Assembly: GCA_043228905.1 (NCBI GenBank)
Contig: JBHGNT010000018.1
Coordinates: 310,001 to 374,000, forward strand
DNA from: Azolla caroliniana
Lineage: Eukaryota; Plantae; Polypodiophyta
DNA length: 64,000 nucleotides
Reading direction: 5' to 3'
The notes under the pieces are model-generated. The model did no database searches. It saw only the letters and a list, made by a program, of their open reading frames with translations, and was not told the origin of the DNA. Below, piece after piece: positions 37,211 through 51,700 of the stretch. How positions within the stretch are numbered: position 1 is the stretch's first letter; every line of letters begins with the position of its first letter. The translations under genes and the position numbers were made by a program.

Positions 37211-39139
37211 ATGAAATACATGATGAACCCTGCCCTTCCAACCGAAGGATTACGATTCATGAAGGATCTGCCCCACGACGTGTTCCGGGAAGAAACCATC
37301 GTGCAGACAGTGCAGAGCGTCGCCTCTCTCTCGGCAGGTAGGCTCCTCCACGCTTCTCTCGTCCGAATAGGTTCACGGATCGATGGATTCCGCGCGAACC
37401 TGCTCATCGGAATGTATACAAGATTCGACTCTCCCACCGATGCGTCCTCTGTTTTCAACTCTATGGCACATCGGGATGTGGTATCGTGGACCTCTGTGAT
37501 GAATTCTTACACACATGTAAATGACTTCTCTCAAGCTTTATATGTGTATACTACCATGCTAGATTGTTGCATTGATCCCCCGAATCAAATCACTTTCATC
37601 AGCGCGCTTAAGGCTTGTGGTGGAGGAAGGTTTTTGGAAGAAGGTATGGGCATCCATGCCTCTTTTGTGATGAGATATGTATGTTATGAAGACGACGACG
37701 ACGACAACATTGTTCTTGCAACTTCTCTTGTCCACATGTATTGCAAGTGTGGTGCTTTGGAAGATGCATTGTGGGTCTTCTATTCAATGCCAAAACATAA
37801 TGTGGCGACTTTCAATGTTTTGATATGTGGATTTAGAGAGTCAGGATGTGCTGAAAAGGCAATGGAGATGTATGAATCTATGATTATAAAAGGCATAAAA
37901 CCAAGCAGAGCCACATTCCTTGCTATTATATCACTTTATATGGAGATTGGTACTCTTTCTAAGGGTAAGGAGATCCATGTGTGCGTACTTGAGGATGGTC
38001 TTGAGGAAGATGTATCGATAGGAAGTGCCTTAGTTTCTATGTATGGTGGTTGTAGGGCATTGGATGAAGCTTGTTATGTGTTTGAGAGAATGAAAGAAAG
38101 AACGGTTGTCACATGGACAGCAATGCTAGCTGCATATGCACATCAAGGGTATAATGAAAAGGCTATAGAAATATTTGATCAGATGTGGAGTGAAGGATTG
38201 AATGTAGATGAGGAAACCTTTGCCAGTATTTTAAGTGCATGTGGTAATCTTGAGTGCATACGAAAGGGTAGGTGGATTCATGAATGTGTTGTTTGTGATG
38301 GTTATGAGGCTTTTCCTATAGTGGCGAATGCCCTTGTTATGATGTATGGTGCATGTGGTGCTCTAGAGGATGCGTTATTTGTATTCAAGGCTCTACGAGA
38401 TCGAACGATCGAATCTTGGAATTCTTTAATCAGTGTGTATGTGAAGCAAGGTCAAGAGGAGAGAACTTTTTCTCTATATTGCGAAATGGTCGAAGAATCT
38501 GTGCTTCCAGACATGTTGACATATTTGATTCTTCTGGGGGCATGTGCTTGCTTGCCAAGCTTCCATAATGGACAGTATTTTCACGCTCGTATTATAGAGG
38601 GGGGATACGAAGGGGAAATTATGGTGGGGAATGCTTTGATTAACGTGTATGGGAAGTGTGGAGAATTAGAGAGTGCAGACTCTATGTTTCAAAAGATGTT
38701 GCATCATAATGTTATTAGTTGGACAGCCATAATAACATCATATGCACAACAAGGCAATGTTAAGATAACTTTCCAACTCTTTGAACAGATGCTGGATCAA
38801 CGTGTGACACCAAATGAGGTTACCTTTCTTGCTATATTATCAGTCTGTAGTCATGTAGGTCTTATAGATGACGCTTGTTTCTGCTTTATGTTCATGAATC
38901 AAAGACGAACAACAAAACCAATGACAGAACATTTTGTATGTATGATTGACCTTTTTGCGCGGGCGGGATGTTTAGATGAAGCACAGAAAATAATATCCAA
39001 CAGCTCATTGGATTCCCATGTCTATGCAAATTCAGCATTACATCGTGCTTGGAAAACCCATCCAGAAGTAGACACAAGGGGATTTTACTCATTACCACTT
39101 CTAACAAACGCTTATTCTAGTTCTTCCATTGATGTTTAG
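37211..39139 (+). CDS. PLS-class pentatricopeptide repeat protein (organellar RNA-binding/editing-factor type), with truncated E region and no DYW domain
   Basis: Uninterrupted ORF of ~640 aa with repeated LVxMYxKCG.LEDA..VF, DVVSWT and PNxxTFxxxLxAC motifs. Ends EHFVCMIDLFARAGCLDEA..ALHRAWKTH. True start codon uncertain. Confidence 0.93.
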   Translation: MKYMMNPALPTEGLRFMKDLPHDVFREETIVQTVQSVASLSAGRLLHASLVRIGSRIDGFRANLLIGMYTRFDSPTDASSVFNSMAHRDVVSWTSVMNSYTHVNDFSQALYVYTTMLDCCIDPPNQITFISALKACGGGRFLEEGMGIHASFVMRYVCYEDDDDDNIVLATSLVHMYCKCGALEDALWVFYSMPKHNVATFNVLICGFRESGCAEKAMEMYESMIIKGIKPSRATFLAIISLYMEIGTLSKGKEIHVCVLEDGLEEDVSIGSALVSMYGGCRALDEACYVFERMKERTVVTWTAMLAAYAHQGYNEKAIEIFDQMWSEGLNVDEETFASILSACGNLECIRKGRWIHECVVCDGYEAFPIVANALVMMYGACGALEDALFVFKALRDRTIESWNSLISVYVKQGQEERTFSLYCEMVEESVLPDMLTYLILLGACACLPSFHNGQYFHARIIEGGYEGEIMVGNALINVYGKCGELESADSMFQKMLHHNVISWTAIITSYAQQGNVKITFQLFEQMLDQRVTPNEVTFLAILSVCSHVGLIDDACFCFMFMNQRRTTKPMTEHFVCMIDLFARAGCLDEAQKIISNSSLDSHVYANSALHRAWKTHPEVDTRGFYSLPLLTNAYSSSSIDV

Positions 39140-41281
39140 ATCAAATTTGGCTAGCGAAAATGCTGACTATGAGATTTTACAGGAAAAGCAACAAGCCACA
39201 ATGAGCAAACCCAGAGGCTATTGCACTGTCGAGAGGAATTGTACATAGTCGAAATCCTTGCATGTAAATGCATTGAACACTTGATGTACATGGACAATGG
39301 TTTACAGGTGGGCATTAAGCATTGGGATTGGCATATATATGCTATATAATTAATGCAATAGGTTCTGGAAAATGGGAGTTTGTTGCCATGTGTAGAGGGA
39401 TAGGACAAGGGATGTAATGATAAATATTTTGTAATTATCACTTTATTATGAGTTTGTGTTGTAAAGAACATGAACCATATAAACTGTGAAATAATGTATA
39501 AGAAAGAAGACATGTATATCCCATATATAACATTAATGAGTTGGAATTTGACGAGTTGTATTTACAAATTTGAGGTTGGATATCATTCTTGCAAAAGAGC
39601 ACAAGTAAATAGTCCATCTCTATAAAACAACAGTTCTTTCTATTATGAAAGATTCATATTCCACAAATTCCATTCTCTCAAATCCCGTCACCAATAAGTT
39701 ACAAGTGGTTAGAAAGGTGCTGAACTGGTGATTTTGAAGTTTTGTTAACAAAAGATAAAAGAGATGTCCTTACACTAATAGATGGTCATTTTTGTGATGG
39801 TAACTAATGACTCACAAACAAATACAATACTATTATTCTATTCTATGAGTTTAACCTTGAAATTTTAGATCACGAATTGATGTGCTCATGTTTTGCATTA
39901 TAGGTTGGAAATTGTGGTTATATGTTTCAGTGGTTATATGTTACTCTTCCTATTGGCTCTAAAAATTTTCAATTCAAATAAATAGACCCAAGAAAGCTTA
40001 AAATCCAAAACTCTATACTTGTAAGTCATAACAAGAAGTTGAGGTTAGGCAAGTTAGGACCAAAACTCTATCAAAAAGCTTGTAACTCAATGCAAATGAA
40101 TAGATACGAGAAAGCTTTGTACTTGTAAGTCATATAACAATTGAAATTGAGGTTAGTGGGGTAAGTCAACTTCAAATGTTATGACTTGCAATTATAGAGC
40201 ACATGTTTTGGCTCATTTGCTTGGTGATGATATCTATGGCAATAGTGGCACATGTGTCTATGCTATAGTTGTTGCCATAACATATGTTGGTGCAAGCAAT
40301 TATATTGATTTTTCTTTGAATTGTCACATGCTTATAAATACTCAAGAAGGTGGAAATAGAAATGTTTGTTCCACAATACTGCAAACTAGCTTGGAAATCC
40401 TTTGATCAATGTCATTGTGAAACATGCTTCAACATAATAAAAAATGACCTAGGGAAAACATGACCCAACAAATTTGTGTTGTTGTTGACCCGATTGTTGG
40501 TTTTCCCTATTTTGCTCAATTTGCCACTTTTACCACGATTGGGGCTTATTTTGGTTTTGGAGCTCCAGGCGATAAGAGATTATATATACTTCCAATTTAA
40601 CTCTCAATTACTTTATTATCTTCGAGCATGGATGTTATGTAGTCCATATAATGGCCATGATTTTCTCAATTTCTGAGCAACTATCAGATTGAGTGCATCC
40701 GTGGATTGATCAAAATCTACTATCAAAAATTTATCGAAATAAATTTTATGCTTTGCTTTTCAATCTTGTGACCCTTTCCCTTCAAGATGAACGAAGCCAT
40801 ACGAGTTTTGTTTTCCCCATATAAATGCTAAACATAAACTTACATAAGGCCTAATTTATTTTTGACACAGAACTTTATTAAACATGGTATATCTATCAAT
40901 GGGCGCAAAGCCACCACAAAGCCGATACAAAAACATAGGCTAGTACTATACTATGCCCAAAGGAAGCAAGTCTCGACAGGACATTGTTAAGTTGGATATG
41001 AGTGGACAACAATCTTGCCCATCTCGTGTCCGAGCAATGTATGTGAGCCTCATATGACCATCATCATCATAGCCTATAGGAGACACAAAGAGGGTGGACA
41101 AAAGAAGGAAGGAAAGAAGAAAGAAAGACAATACATACTATAATTCAGAGCCCTGCCCTGCCTTCATTACACACACACACACACACACACACACTCTCTC
41201 TCTCTCTCTCAACAAAGCTTTCCTTCATTTTGCGGGCTGCAACAGACACAGAGACAAAGAAAGATCGGAGCAAACCCCGAC

Positions 41282-44238
41282 ATGAGCTCCATAGGAACAG
41301 GAGTATGTATCTCTTCCTCCCCTTCTTTGTGTTGTGATAGATTAGGTTTCTGCTGCTTTTTTTTTTTTTTTTAAATCTACTTCGGTAGTTTCTGTACGTA
41401 TATTCATTAGCTATCTATCTACATGCACACGCACTCAAATGAAGATATATACAAAGTCAGTGAGTGAGTGTGTGTGAGAGAGATTTGCGAACGTCTTCCA
41501 AAGACCGAAATGACCCATGAGACCAAAGAAACCCCATAAAGGTGAGATCTGTTACAATCTCTCACGACAAAGGAACGAAGCAAAGAAAGAAAAAGAAATT
41601 TTTCTAGCCTAAATGTGTAAACGTACACAAATTTCTAAGAAGAGAAAGAAACCATGCGTAGGTGAAGATTGTAAATATAACAAATGACTGATAAAAAGAC
41701 AAAGAAAATATAACAAACTGTTCTATAATTCTAAATATCGCAAGTGTATCACCAATTCTACATATACTAGGGGATGGATCGTCACTTCTCTTCTGCATTG
41801 CATTGTCACTTAAATAAGAAATTGAGTTTGGTACCACCAATGTGCGAGGCAAAATTCGCAGATACGTCTTACTCACAAAAACCACTTTGGTGTTATATAG
41901 TCCCCCTCAATCATCACTTAATGATGTTCACAAATAGTTAGGAAAATAAAACTAAACTTTAATACTCCACAACTGCTCTACACACCCACCTATTTTGTGA
42001 AATATCCTCAAGGATATTTGTCTACGTTATTTCTCTTTAATGGATCTCTATGAAACCGAATCTGGAACAAGAAAATTATATTTGTGCTATTGTTTATTCT
42101 AAACGTATGAAATTCAGTGATTGACATATTATCAAATGCTTGGTGATTGGCAGTATGATCTATCAGTTACAACATTTTCACCGGATGGACGTGTGTTTCA
42201 GATAGAGTATGCAACCAAGGCTGTTGACAATAGTGGGTATGATTGGATTAGGAGTGATGATTGAAGCTATTGCAAGCATGAATTGTTTTTGCATAATCTG
42301 AGCTGTATATTGTTTTTCAGAACATCAGTGGGCATAAAATGCAAGGATGGAATAGTTTTGGTATTTAGTTTTATACCTTTGATGTTGATTGTACGGAATT
42401 TATAGTTGTGTTTATGTGCGTGTGCATCTCAATCAATAAGATGTGCATAGTGATATATCTGATGCTGAATCTTAGGGTGTAGAAAAGCTTATTGCTTCCA
42501 AGATGTTGCTGGAGGGATCTAATCGTAGGATACATTCTGTTCATCGTCATGCTGGAATGGTAAGATAATTCTTCGTAGAAATTATAACAGGTCGATGCAT
42601 ATTTTCAATCGTCATGAGGGAGAAAGTATCTTCAATAGAATCAGCATAAAAAACACATAGTTCTATAAAACGCAAGTATCCTCCGTGGAATTCAGAAACA
42701 ATATCAAAGAGCTATCTTCTATTTAATATATAGCTCTATTATTGGCAAATATGCTGGGAAAATAAACACATTTTCCTTTTCATTGGTCATTCATATGCAA
42801 TTAAGTTGGTTTGTAGCCTGATTGTATTTTGATATGCAGGCAATGGCGGGGTTAGCAGCTGATGGTAGACAAATAGTGTCACGTGGTCGGGCAGAAGCCA
42901 GCAATTACCAAAAGTAGTGCATAGTATTAAGTAGAAAATAACTATTTAGACAACTCTTGACAATACAGCATAGTTTGACTGACTTTATAACTCTTCTCTG
43001 TTAGTTTCTATGGAGAAGAAATCCCTATTAAGGAGCTTTCTGAGAGAGTGGCTAGTTATGTTCACTTGTGCACCCTCTACTGGTGGATGAGGTAGTTTCT
43101 AGTCACGTTTTTTGGATCCTATGGCTTTGGAACTGCATATGACAAAAATAATATTTGATGAAATATATATACCTATGCAGACCATTTGGATCATCTGCTC
43201 TTCTTGGTGGTTATGATAGGGATGGCCCACAACTGTACATGATTGAACCGTCGGGTGTTGCTTATGTAATGATCCTTGAATAACTCATTAAAGTTCTCTT
43301 TTTGAATGGAAACTTCTCTCAAAAAGACATATTAGTAATGGGTTTCTTTTGAATGTGTCAGAGATATTTTGGTGCGGCAGTAGGAAAGGGCAGACAAGCC
43401 GCAAAAACGTGAGTCTAATTTATGTGATCATTATCACGATATGCAGGAAAGATATGTACTGACTATGTTATGCAGGGAAATTGAGAAGTTGAAGCTATCA
43501 GAAATGACATGCAGAGAAGGTGTTATTGAAGTAGCAAAGATGTGAGTTATTTTATATGTCATGCAGTTTAGTGTATTGGTTAAAATGACCTGAAGTCACA
43601 TGAGAATGGTTTGTGGTATTCTTTGCAGTATCTATGCGGTGCATGATGAAGCAAAAGATAAAGCCTTTGAGCTGGAGATGAGCTGGATATGTGATGAATC
43701 AAATCGTGAACATGAACGGGTAAACAAAATAGCTTCCTTGTGTTAAATAGAGAACATTTATTATATGGTATGGAAAATATGTATCGCAACTATGCCACTC
43801 CATTTATATATTATGCCCTGATTTGCTAAAATGAAGTTGCCAATTGGAATTATTTAAATAAATCCAAAATCTGATAGAAATCTATGAAATTTCTGCTTAT
43901 TCGTCACCTAATGTTTCATCCTTGGACAATGGAGGTCTCAAATTCTAACAATTTCATGCATGGAAAGGAAACTAGGCCAACAAGTAAAGATGAACACTGC
44001 ATCCTCTCCTCCTAAGTACAAGGCTCAGCAAAAACATCAGCTCTGGTGCATTTTTTTAATGTGATTAGAACTAGGATATGATTGTGCATTATCTTATATT
44101 AGACCCTAGAAAATGTCGTCATTGGTTTTCGCACATTAACTAATGTTGAAACTTATTTTGCAGGTGCCAGTTGACCTCCTTGAGCAGGCAAAGGCTGCTG
44201 CAAAGGCTGCACTTGAGGAAGATATGGAAGCTGATTAG
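41282..44238 (+). CDS. PAG1: 20S proteasome subunit alpha type-3 (alpha7), 250 aa. Exons 41282-41302, 42154-42236, 42321-42360, 42476-42559, 42840-42913, 43005-43091, 43181-43265, 43362-43408, 43476-43541, 43629-43719, 44164-44238
   Basis: Spliced translation [103 protein letters not shown]. All introns GT-AG. Confidence 0.97.
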
Positions 44239-45765
44239 AAGCATTACAATGACACACTCTTTTCTTATGAACGTAGGACAATTAACAGCAAGACAAGAAC
44301 TTGTTGAATGTAATTTTGTTAATCACAGTGCTCTGGCTAGAGTTTCCATTCTTAATTGAAGAACATTTTTATTAGTCAAAGTGGATATCATTTGGTTTTA
44401 GTATCACCCGTGTTTTCAACATGTAATTAGAGAATAATTAATATGAAGCTTTTATGGCTATTTATTATGCCTATATATCAGTTATTTATTCTTAAGATAA
44501 CAGAATCGTATAAAAAAATGTAGCATCCCATCATAGATTTTTCCCTTCTCAATATTTCATTATTGAGAAGGCAAACATGGAATATGACTCGGGTTAAACA
44601 TGGAACAGTTGGTGAGAGTCATAGCCTTCTCAATTTTTGCGCTACGTGGACAGTGCTTCACGGAGAACAAAGGAAGAGAAAATTGTTATGTTTTGGTTTG
44701 ATAAAGATGTAACATCCCGTCATAGATAACAGAACCAGTGAAACATGGAACAGTTTGAGACTGAGGAACATTGCCTTTCGTTAATGAGAATGAAGTACTC
44801 AACAGAGAAGAAAGGAAGAAAGAAAGATATATTAACATCTTTTAAACATTGTCTCGTCTTTGAGCACAACAAATCAACATAAAATAAATATTACTCAATA
44901 AATATTAAAAGCAAATAAGATTGTTTAATAACAGCACATGGGGTCTTCCATCTAGTGGAATTTCATCCTAAAATAGAGATTTTATTGAGGACAAGTCAAA
45001 CGTACACAATTTAATTAAATAGAACATGATGGTCATCTTTGCACTGCAATGAGCTTGTGTACAAGAGTGTGGATACGTTTTACAGTATTTAAATGTCAAT
45101 GTCAGAGAATTGTAATGATAACTTATCTCAGTAAAAGACGTATCATAGACCATATATTATTTTAAGGACAATTATAGCTTGAAATTACTGAACCGCACCA
45201 TTACTCAATATTAACGATTTTGTAACCATTTGCATATACTCCATTTCTCTGTTTCTATGATTATTAGCACAACAAGTTGTCAGATAAAGATAATGTAAGA
45301 ATATATTAACACAGATCAACGCTTCTCATATAAACCAAATTATGTAAGCAATCTCGTGATGAATTTCTCAATTTGTGCAGAGCGTTGAGAGGAACACATC
45401 TGATTCTGTATTTGAATATTTGGCACATTACAAAAGCCTTATATATTGTACCATCAAATTAGATGGTATAATCAATGTAAACAATAATGACAGAATGTTT
45501 CTCTGACAGGAATAGCCCAATTAGGCTCCTTGAAAAAAGAATATACACTATGGCACAACCTCAAATATGCAGGATATTATACAAAACTTTCACCTTGCTT
45601 CTACAAATTACATGAGAGGGATAGGGAAAGAGAGAACACGCTCTTAGCACTATGGATATTAGCAGAGAGATTCAGGTCATGATGTCATGAAGCTTTCACA
45701 AGAATACTCAAGGAAGGCTTATTATTAACGCATCTAAAATATCATCTATGTACTAAACATCTGAA

Positions 45766-48700
45766 TCATCTCGGCTCTAATAATTGCATCAACGACCACA
45801 ATACTTGAATGCGATGAACATCCTGGGGTGCCTTGTATGTATAAAAAAGAAAATTCGGTTATATTGAAACTGTGCACATTACCAGAAAGTACAAACTTCA
45901 GATAGTAGCATATACCTCAACCACAAATCGAGCCCAAATTTTGTCATCCCTTGCTTCCATAATACCTCTCAAAACCACCAGATGTAACTTTTTGAAGGTT
46001 TTTTCAATTTCCTTAATCATTCCAGTTTGTTCACATACAACCTGCATAATAAAACAATATGAATCGGTACATAACAGCATCATATAAAATTTGCCACCAA
46101 AATTATTAGTAAACTACTTATTGTTGAAGAAATCTATCAGAACAAGCCACTATCTACTTGTACAAGTACATAATATTCATTACCATCAGTTGAATTCAAA
46201 GGTTTGAATCTAACTGATTGACATGGATCTCATTTGGTTTCATACTTACTAATGTCAGCATTTATCCAGTATGATCATATATAGGTTCAAGACAACAAAA
46301 TTGCTAATAAAATAAGCAAGCATACATTCAGAATTGAAAATATTTTCATAAATTTCCCTAATTTGCAATATGCATCTATAACAAGGATGAAGTTAGTATA
46401 TGTATGTAAGAGGTGTACATTCATTCCTAGTTTCCCCCCTATTATATATGGCGATGCAACACGAGCTGAGAGAAGGTATTTGCAACATGCAACTGTAAGG
46501 AAGAGACTTCTGAGAAACCCCGGGGAACTGTTCGCCTGGAGCTAAAAGGGATTTCAAAAAGAAGAAAATGTTCAGATTACAGATGGCGCATATACAGAAT
46601 ATGGCATTGGCAGATCTGAGATATCATCATCTACTTACATACAATACCGCTCTGCTGTGCTTTGAAGACATACATACAAACAGGCAAACATGAGTTCAGC
46701 TTTCTGCCTCTCATATGAGCTCATTAATGGTCCACTCTTTTGTATAAATTAGTAGAACTTAAGCTATGTCGGACACATTGCAGCTATTTATCCTTGTAAA
46801 ACGGCCTACAATATGATGAAGTATAATAAGAACCATGTCTAACTTTCGCACCTCAACCAACATCTGCTGGGGCTGGGTAAGATCTTCAACTATGATGGGA
46901 CAACAGTTTCCTTTCTGGTGAAGCTCAATCACCCAACTTGCATTGATTTCTTTACCTTCAACACCATGTTGAAGGGCTCCAATATTAGCATCGCCTTTCT
47001 GCAATATAAATACATCAGATTATATTTTCATAAACCTCCTGATGTGAAGTCACATTCCTATGAACGTTTTATTCAAACAGGGTAAGCCTGCTGCTGACTG
47101 ACCTGTCGTTTGTTACTCTGTGTCTGGTTGTCAGATTCACGCAAGGCTGTCTGTAGAAAGTTTGCATATTTGACAGTCTTCTCGAGCAATGTATCAACAT
47201 CATACTGTTTAACACATAATTGGGAACTTATTAACAAAACCCAATTCAAAACCAGACATGTTCAAACCTATCTATTCAATAAATCTTACACTTCCTCCAC
47301 TGGGTATAATATTTCGAAGCTCTGAAAGATATTTTTGAACCTTTTGCCTCTTTTTTTGCTGATCCATACCATCCTCACCTGGAAATGCTCCCTTTTTCCG
47401 CCACTTTCTACTTTTCCCCTTGTTACTTAAAGGTTGCGCTGATATTACGGCTTCCTGGCATTGGTTAAAATCTTCTCGAGTGGTCTGTACCTTTGTAGAC
47501 CAATCAGCATGCACTTTCTCTTGGATATTGCATGCCACCTTACATGACACAGTTTCCTGTTCAGTATCAAATACAGGAAAAACAAGTCCACACTTTAGCT
47601 GTTTACAGGAGTGTGACAATAAGCACATTGTTTGCATGATAACCCATTCTTTTCTGCTGTATGGGAGCTCTTGATACCTTATTTGGAAAAACAAACGTTG
47701 CATCCGTTTCCAGCTCAGAGGTGAATTCACTCTTATTCTCACTTTCATTTGTAAGCGATGCAAGGAAGTCATCAAAATCCTCAAGCTCACTTTTAAAAGC
47801 ATTATGTGTTCCATTATTGGCCCCAGAAAGCTCTTGATTAACACTGAAATCTACATCATGGAAAGGCATATTTGAGGAGTTCCAATCTTCTATAAAACTA
47901 TCACAAAACAAGGTGGCATCAAGTCCTGTTGTCACAGTAGAGGAATCATTTAAACCATCATGTTCAGGGATTTCTGGCAATTGTGACATATGAGATGTTT
48001 GATCATCAGAACATATGTTGTTGTTCGAGGCAGCTAAAGGCCGTAACCCTTCACATGAAAGGTTAATGGCCCCCAATTCCACAGTGTTATAACTTGTACA
48101 CTTTGAATTCACAACCAGCCCTGAATTGTACAGAGTTGAAAATTTTGTATCCACAGGCAAAGAATTCTGTACTGGAGATCTCAGCGCAACTAGCTGAGAA
48201 ATTTTCTTGGAACTCTCAGCACAAACAAACCGATGGCTTGGTTCTGAAAGACAAGCATCTCCAGATGTTCGTCCTGCTGCTGAAGATTGAGGTTTGCCAA
48301 TCAAAGGAACATTTTGATACCTCTCTGCTGAGGTCTGAGATCCAAGAAGATGCCGTCTATCTTCAAAAGACTGATAACCCCTATCTGGTGTCAATCGTTG
48401 ATTATGCTTGTCAATTATCTGAATGCCTTCTGATGAAGGTAACCTACAAAAGAGCTGCATATTCTCAGATGAAGTTATAGATTCACTTAGATGGGGCCTT
48501 TCCACCGAAAAACTTGTATCGCATATTGAGTTAAGTGAAGCTTGATTAAAATGTAGAGATTCCGATGAAAGCCTCGTCGGTTGATTTCCTACAACAGGTT
48601 CAGTAACATCTAGCAAATGTTGTTGGTATTCCGGAAGATGATTTGATTGGCATTGTACTGATGTTTTCCCATCTAGATTATTTATTGCATGTCTGCTATT

Positions 48701-51700
48701 TATGAAATCAGCTACAGATTTGTCACTCTCCATTGGCAGTATGTCAACTGGAGGCCTACAACAAATAGGTTCCTGAACCTTCTTAAGGGAGCTGTCCCTG
48801 AGAGATTGAGGAACTTTCCCAAGAGGTCTACCAATAACATATTGAGTGTGTCCTATTGGGGATACACCCTTACTGTCTTCCAAAGACTTCCTTCTATCCA
48901 GAACCTGATAATCTTTTACAGAATACCTGCTAGTAAGAGGTGGTTTCACTGAACTTGGAATGGGTGTTGATGTTTGTAAAGAGGGGGAACCAGTTTTACA
49001 TTCCAAAATAGAAGAGTTCTTATTCAATGGGATACAGCTGGAAACCCCCAATGGAGTTGGAACTTCTACTTTTTCTGAGACTCTAGCATTAGGTACCCCC
49101 ATGGATGAATATTTTGGCAATGCAACTAATGGGAAATAGCTCATATTCTTGGTTTCAACAGTGTGTTCGGGTGTTGTTGAATGACCACTACTGAGTGAAA
49201 TTTTACTAATGATACCCATTCGAGGTGGTGCAGCAGCAGCTTTCATAGCACCCATCCCAACACGATGTGCCCATATATTTAAATTATTTCCTGTTGGAGT
49301 AGAGGCTTGCTGACATAACTCTACATTAGTATTCCTGCTGATTGGAATAGGCGTTTGTTGAAATAACTCCACATTTTGATTCTTGCCTATTGGAATAGGT
49401 GTTTGTTTGCCAACTGCAATTAATGTTTGACGGTCTAGATCCCCAGCAAATTTATGAGGCATAGGATCTAGTCTCTGTGCAGAACTCCCGTGCATCCCAA
49501 GAATCACAGGTAAAGGTTGTGGCTGTGAATGTGGGCTGAATAAGACTGTGCTGCCAAAGGCCCCACCACCTGTACCACCAATAGAAACTGCCATGGATGG
49601 TGACCTGATTAAGGCATTACTTGTTAAACCTACTCGAGATGTATTTGCATGGTGCATCTGAGGTGGCATGGAATACAACGTATGAATCCCTCCATTTTGG
49701 ACTTCTGCAACAATATCAGAGAGATATGCTCCAGGAATATTTTGGAGAGTTCCAAACAAAGCTTTGACATTCTCAACTAGTTTCATATCTTCTGAGACCT
49801 GCAAGGCATACAAAAGACATGTCTATCAATAGACTATTGTGCCACCCTAACCAGTCACAACAATAGACTGTCAGCTTTAAAATGCACCAAGTTTGGAAAC
49901 ATACTGTCTGTGTCGATCCAAGCTGGACAACCCCTTGTGGAACAGCTATCACAGCAATTGTCTATTACAACAATTACACATTTAGCCTTCTACATTGTAT
50001 AGTTATAATCAACAAAATCAAAGTGGGCTCTAGAAATTCCCTAGCACAGTAAAAGAACAACCAAATGTTATATATGCATAATGTATGTTAGGGTAGGTCA
50101 CTAAGATTTACAAAACGCTTGGATAAGAGGGAATGATAGGTGCATTCACTATCATGATCTTGACAACCAATGAATGGTGAATCTTTTGGAAAAGCACATC
50201 TATCCAAGCGGCTTTGGAAGAATTATAAATATGAGGCCTAGCTACCCTCATAAAACACATTACATCGGGAGGCTGAAGCATTGACACACCAGTGATGCAG
50301 ATTAGGATTTTGTCACAGCCATCGTGTTACCTCTTCCAAGGTACTAGCCATCCTAATATCCGTCGGTCTGGGACATCGATGGTAGGTTGGCTATGTCAGA
50401 TCGGGTTCTTCTGTCAAACTAATCATCTTTCTTTTACTTTAATTTGCTCTATTGATTAGTAAGAGATTCTTAACACCAAACCACCAATTTCATTAAAGTT
50501 TCACCAAGGAATCTTACATAAATGGCTAAATTTTCACTACCAAGGACTTATATAAATGAAGAAACACCTCATTAAGACTGTGGACTTCCTACAACTTCAT
50601 TTCACATTCAGCAACCTAGATTGCTCCTGAATAAGGAAGTTGACACCGTACTGGCTCCAAAGACAGGTGGCACTTTCGATAATTAATAGAAACAGACAAG
50701 ACAAGCATGCCCATTGCTCACAGCCCATACCTCCCCCTCGCCTTTAGGCTTTTGAAAAGTCCTTCTATCGTAATGTCCAGACAATAAGATTGAATGAAAA
50801 CCCTTAAAACACAACCAGTAGTCGAAGCCTCTTTCAGGAACTAAAACCCACATGTAGATCTCCCAAGGCACTCTCCGCCGAGCAAATCAGCTATAAAGCC
50901 TGTAGATCTAGGCAAGCTCTTAATTAGCTCTAAAGCTAAATTTCAGGTTCTACACAAAATAGATTTGTTTGAATCGAGCAAGTCTTGTTCATGCTTCCAA
51001 GTGCCACCTCTTCAGAAAAACAAAAGCAGTCCAGGTTCTAACCTAAAGTGACTTAATAAGACACAGGCTTATGACAACCAAGCACACACCAGGTTGACAC
51101 ACATTGGAACACAATGCTAACTATACTGACCACATGCCAATCTTGAGGCCTTCCAATATAGGGACCAGTGGAATCTGGGAGAGCAATTCATAAAATAAAC
51201 TAGTAATTATATAAAATCATAAAATAAGAAAAAAAGAACACCTCTTGGTGACAGAAAATATTGAGAATGGTCTTGTTTTCAATTTGGAAACATTATTAGA
51301 ATGATTAAGGGTAACGTACATTGATTCCAACTGCAAATTGATGGTCCCATCCTGCTGGATACTAATGAAATGAATAAAATAACAGAGTAAGAAAAGCTGG
51401 AAAACAGAGAAAGCAAATCACAAGGAAGCTAGGTTTATAATATCCTATTTTACACCATTTGACAAGAAAGATAAAACTGAGAAACCTTATCTGGTTGTGA
51501 CCGCATGTTTCTTTTGTTATTCAGGATTCCAGTTGTTACTGCCACCTTATTAGTTGAGCTGAAAATCCACTGATGTTTGTTCGTAAATGCTACTTTGCCA
51601 ATTATTCTGCCAAACAAATGCATTATGAATTCCCAGCTGCAGTAGAAAAATCTATACACATAACTTTTCTGGGAAGAGGCAAGAAAGGGCAACAACATGC

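Noticed and set aside
44510-44830. Diverged ~150-190 bp duplication downstream of PAG1
   Set aside because: Ordinary degenerate local duplication in 3' flanking DNA.
48094-48952. Plus-strand ORFs antisense to the large LHW exon
   Set aside because: Shadow ORFs of a long coding exon with no independent motif. The same applies to ORFs antisense to the LINE and PPR frames.
50260-51180. GC-richer segment in LHW intron 4, considered as a snoRNA or LINE 3' remnant
   Set aside because: No convincing C/D or H/ACA box arrangement and no clear zf-RVT motif.
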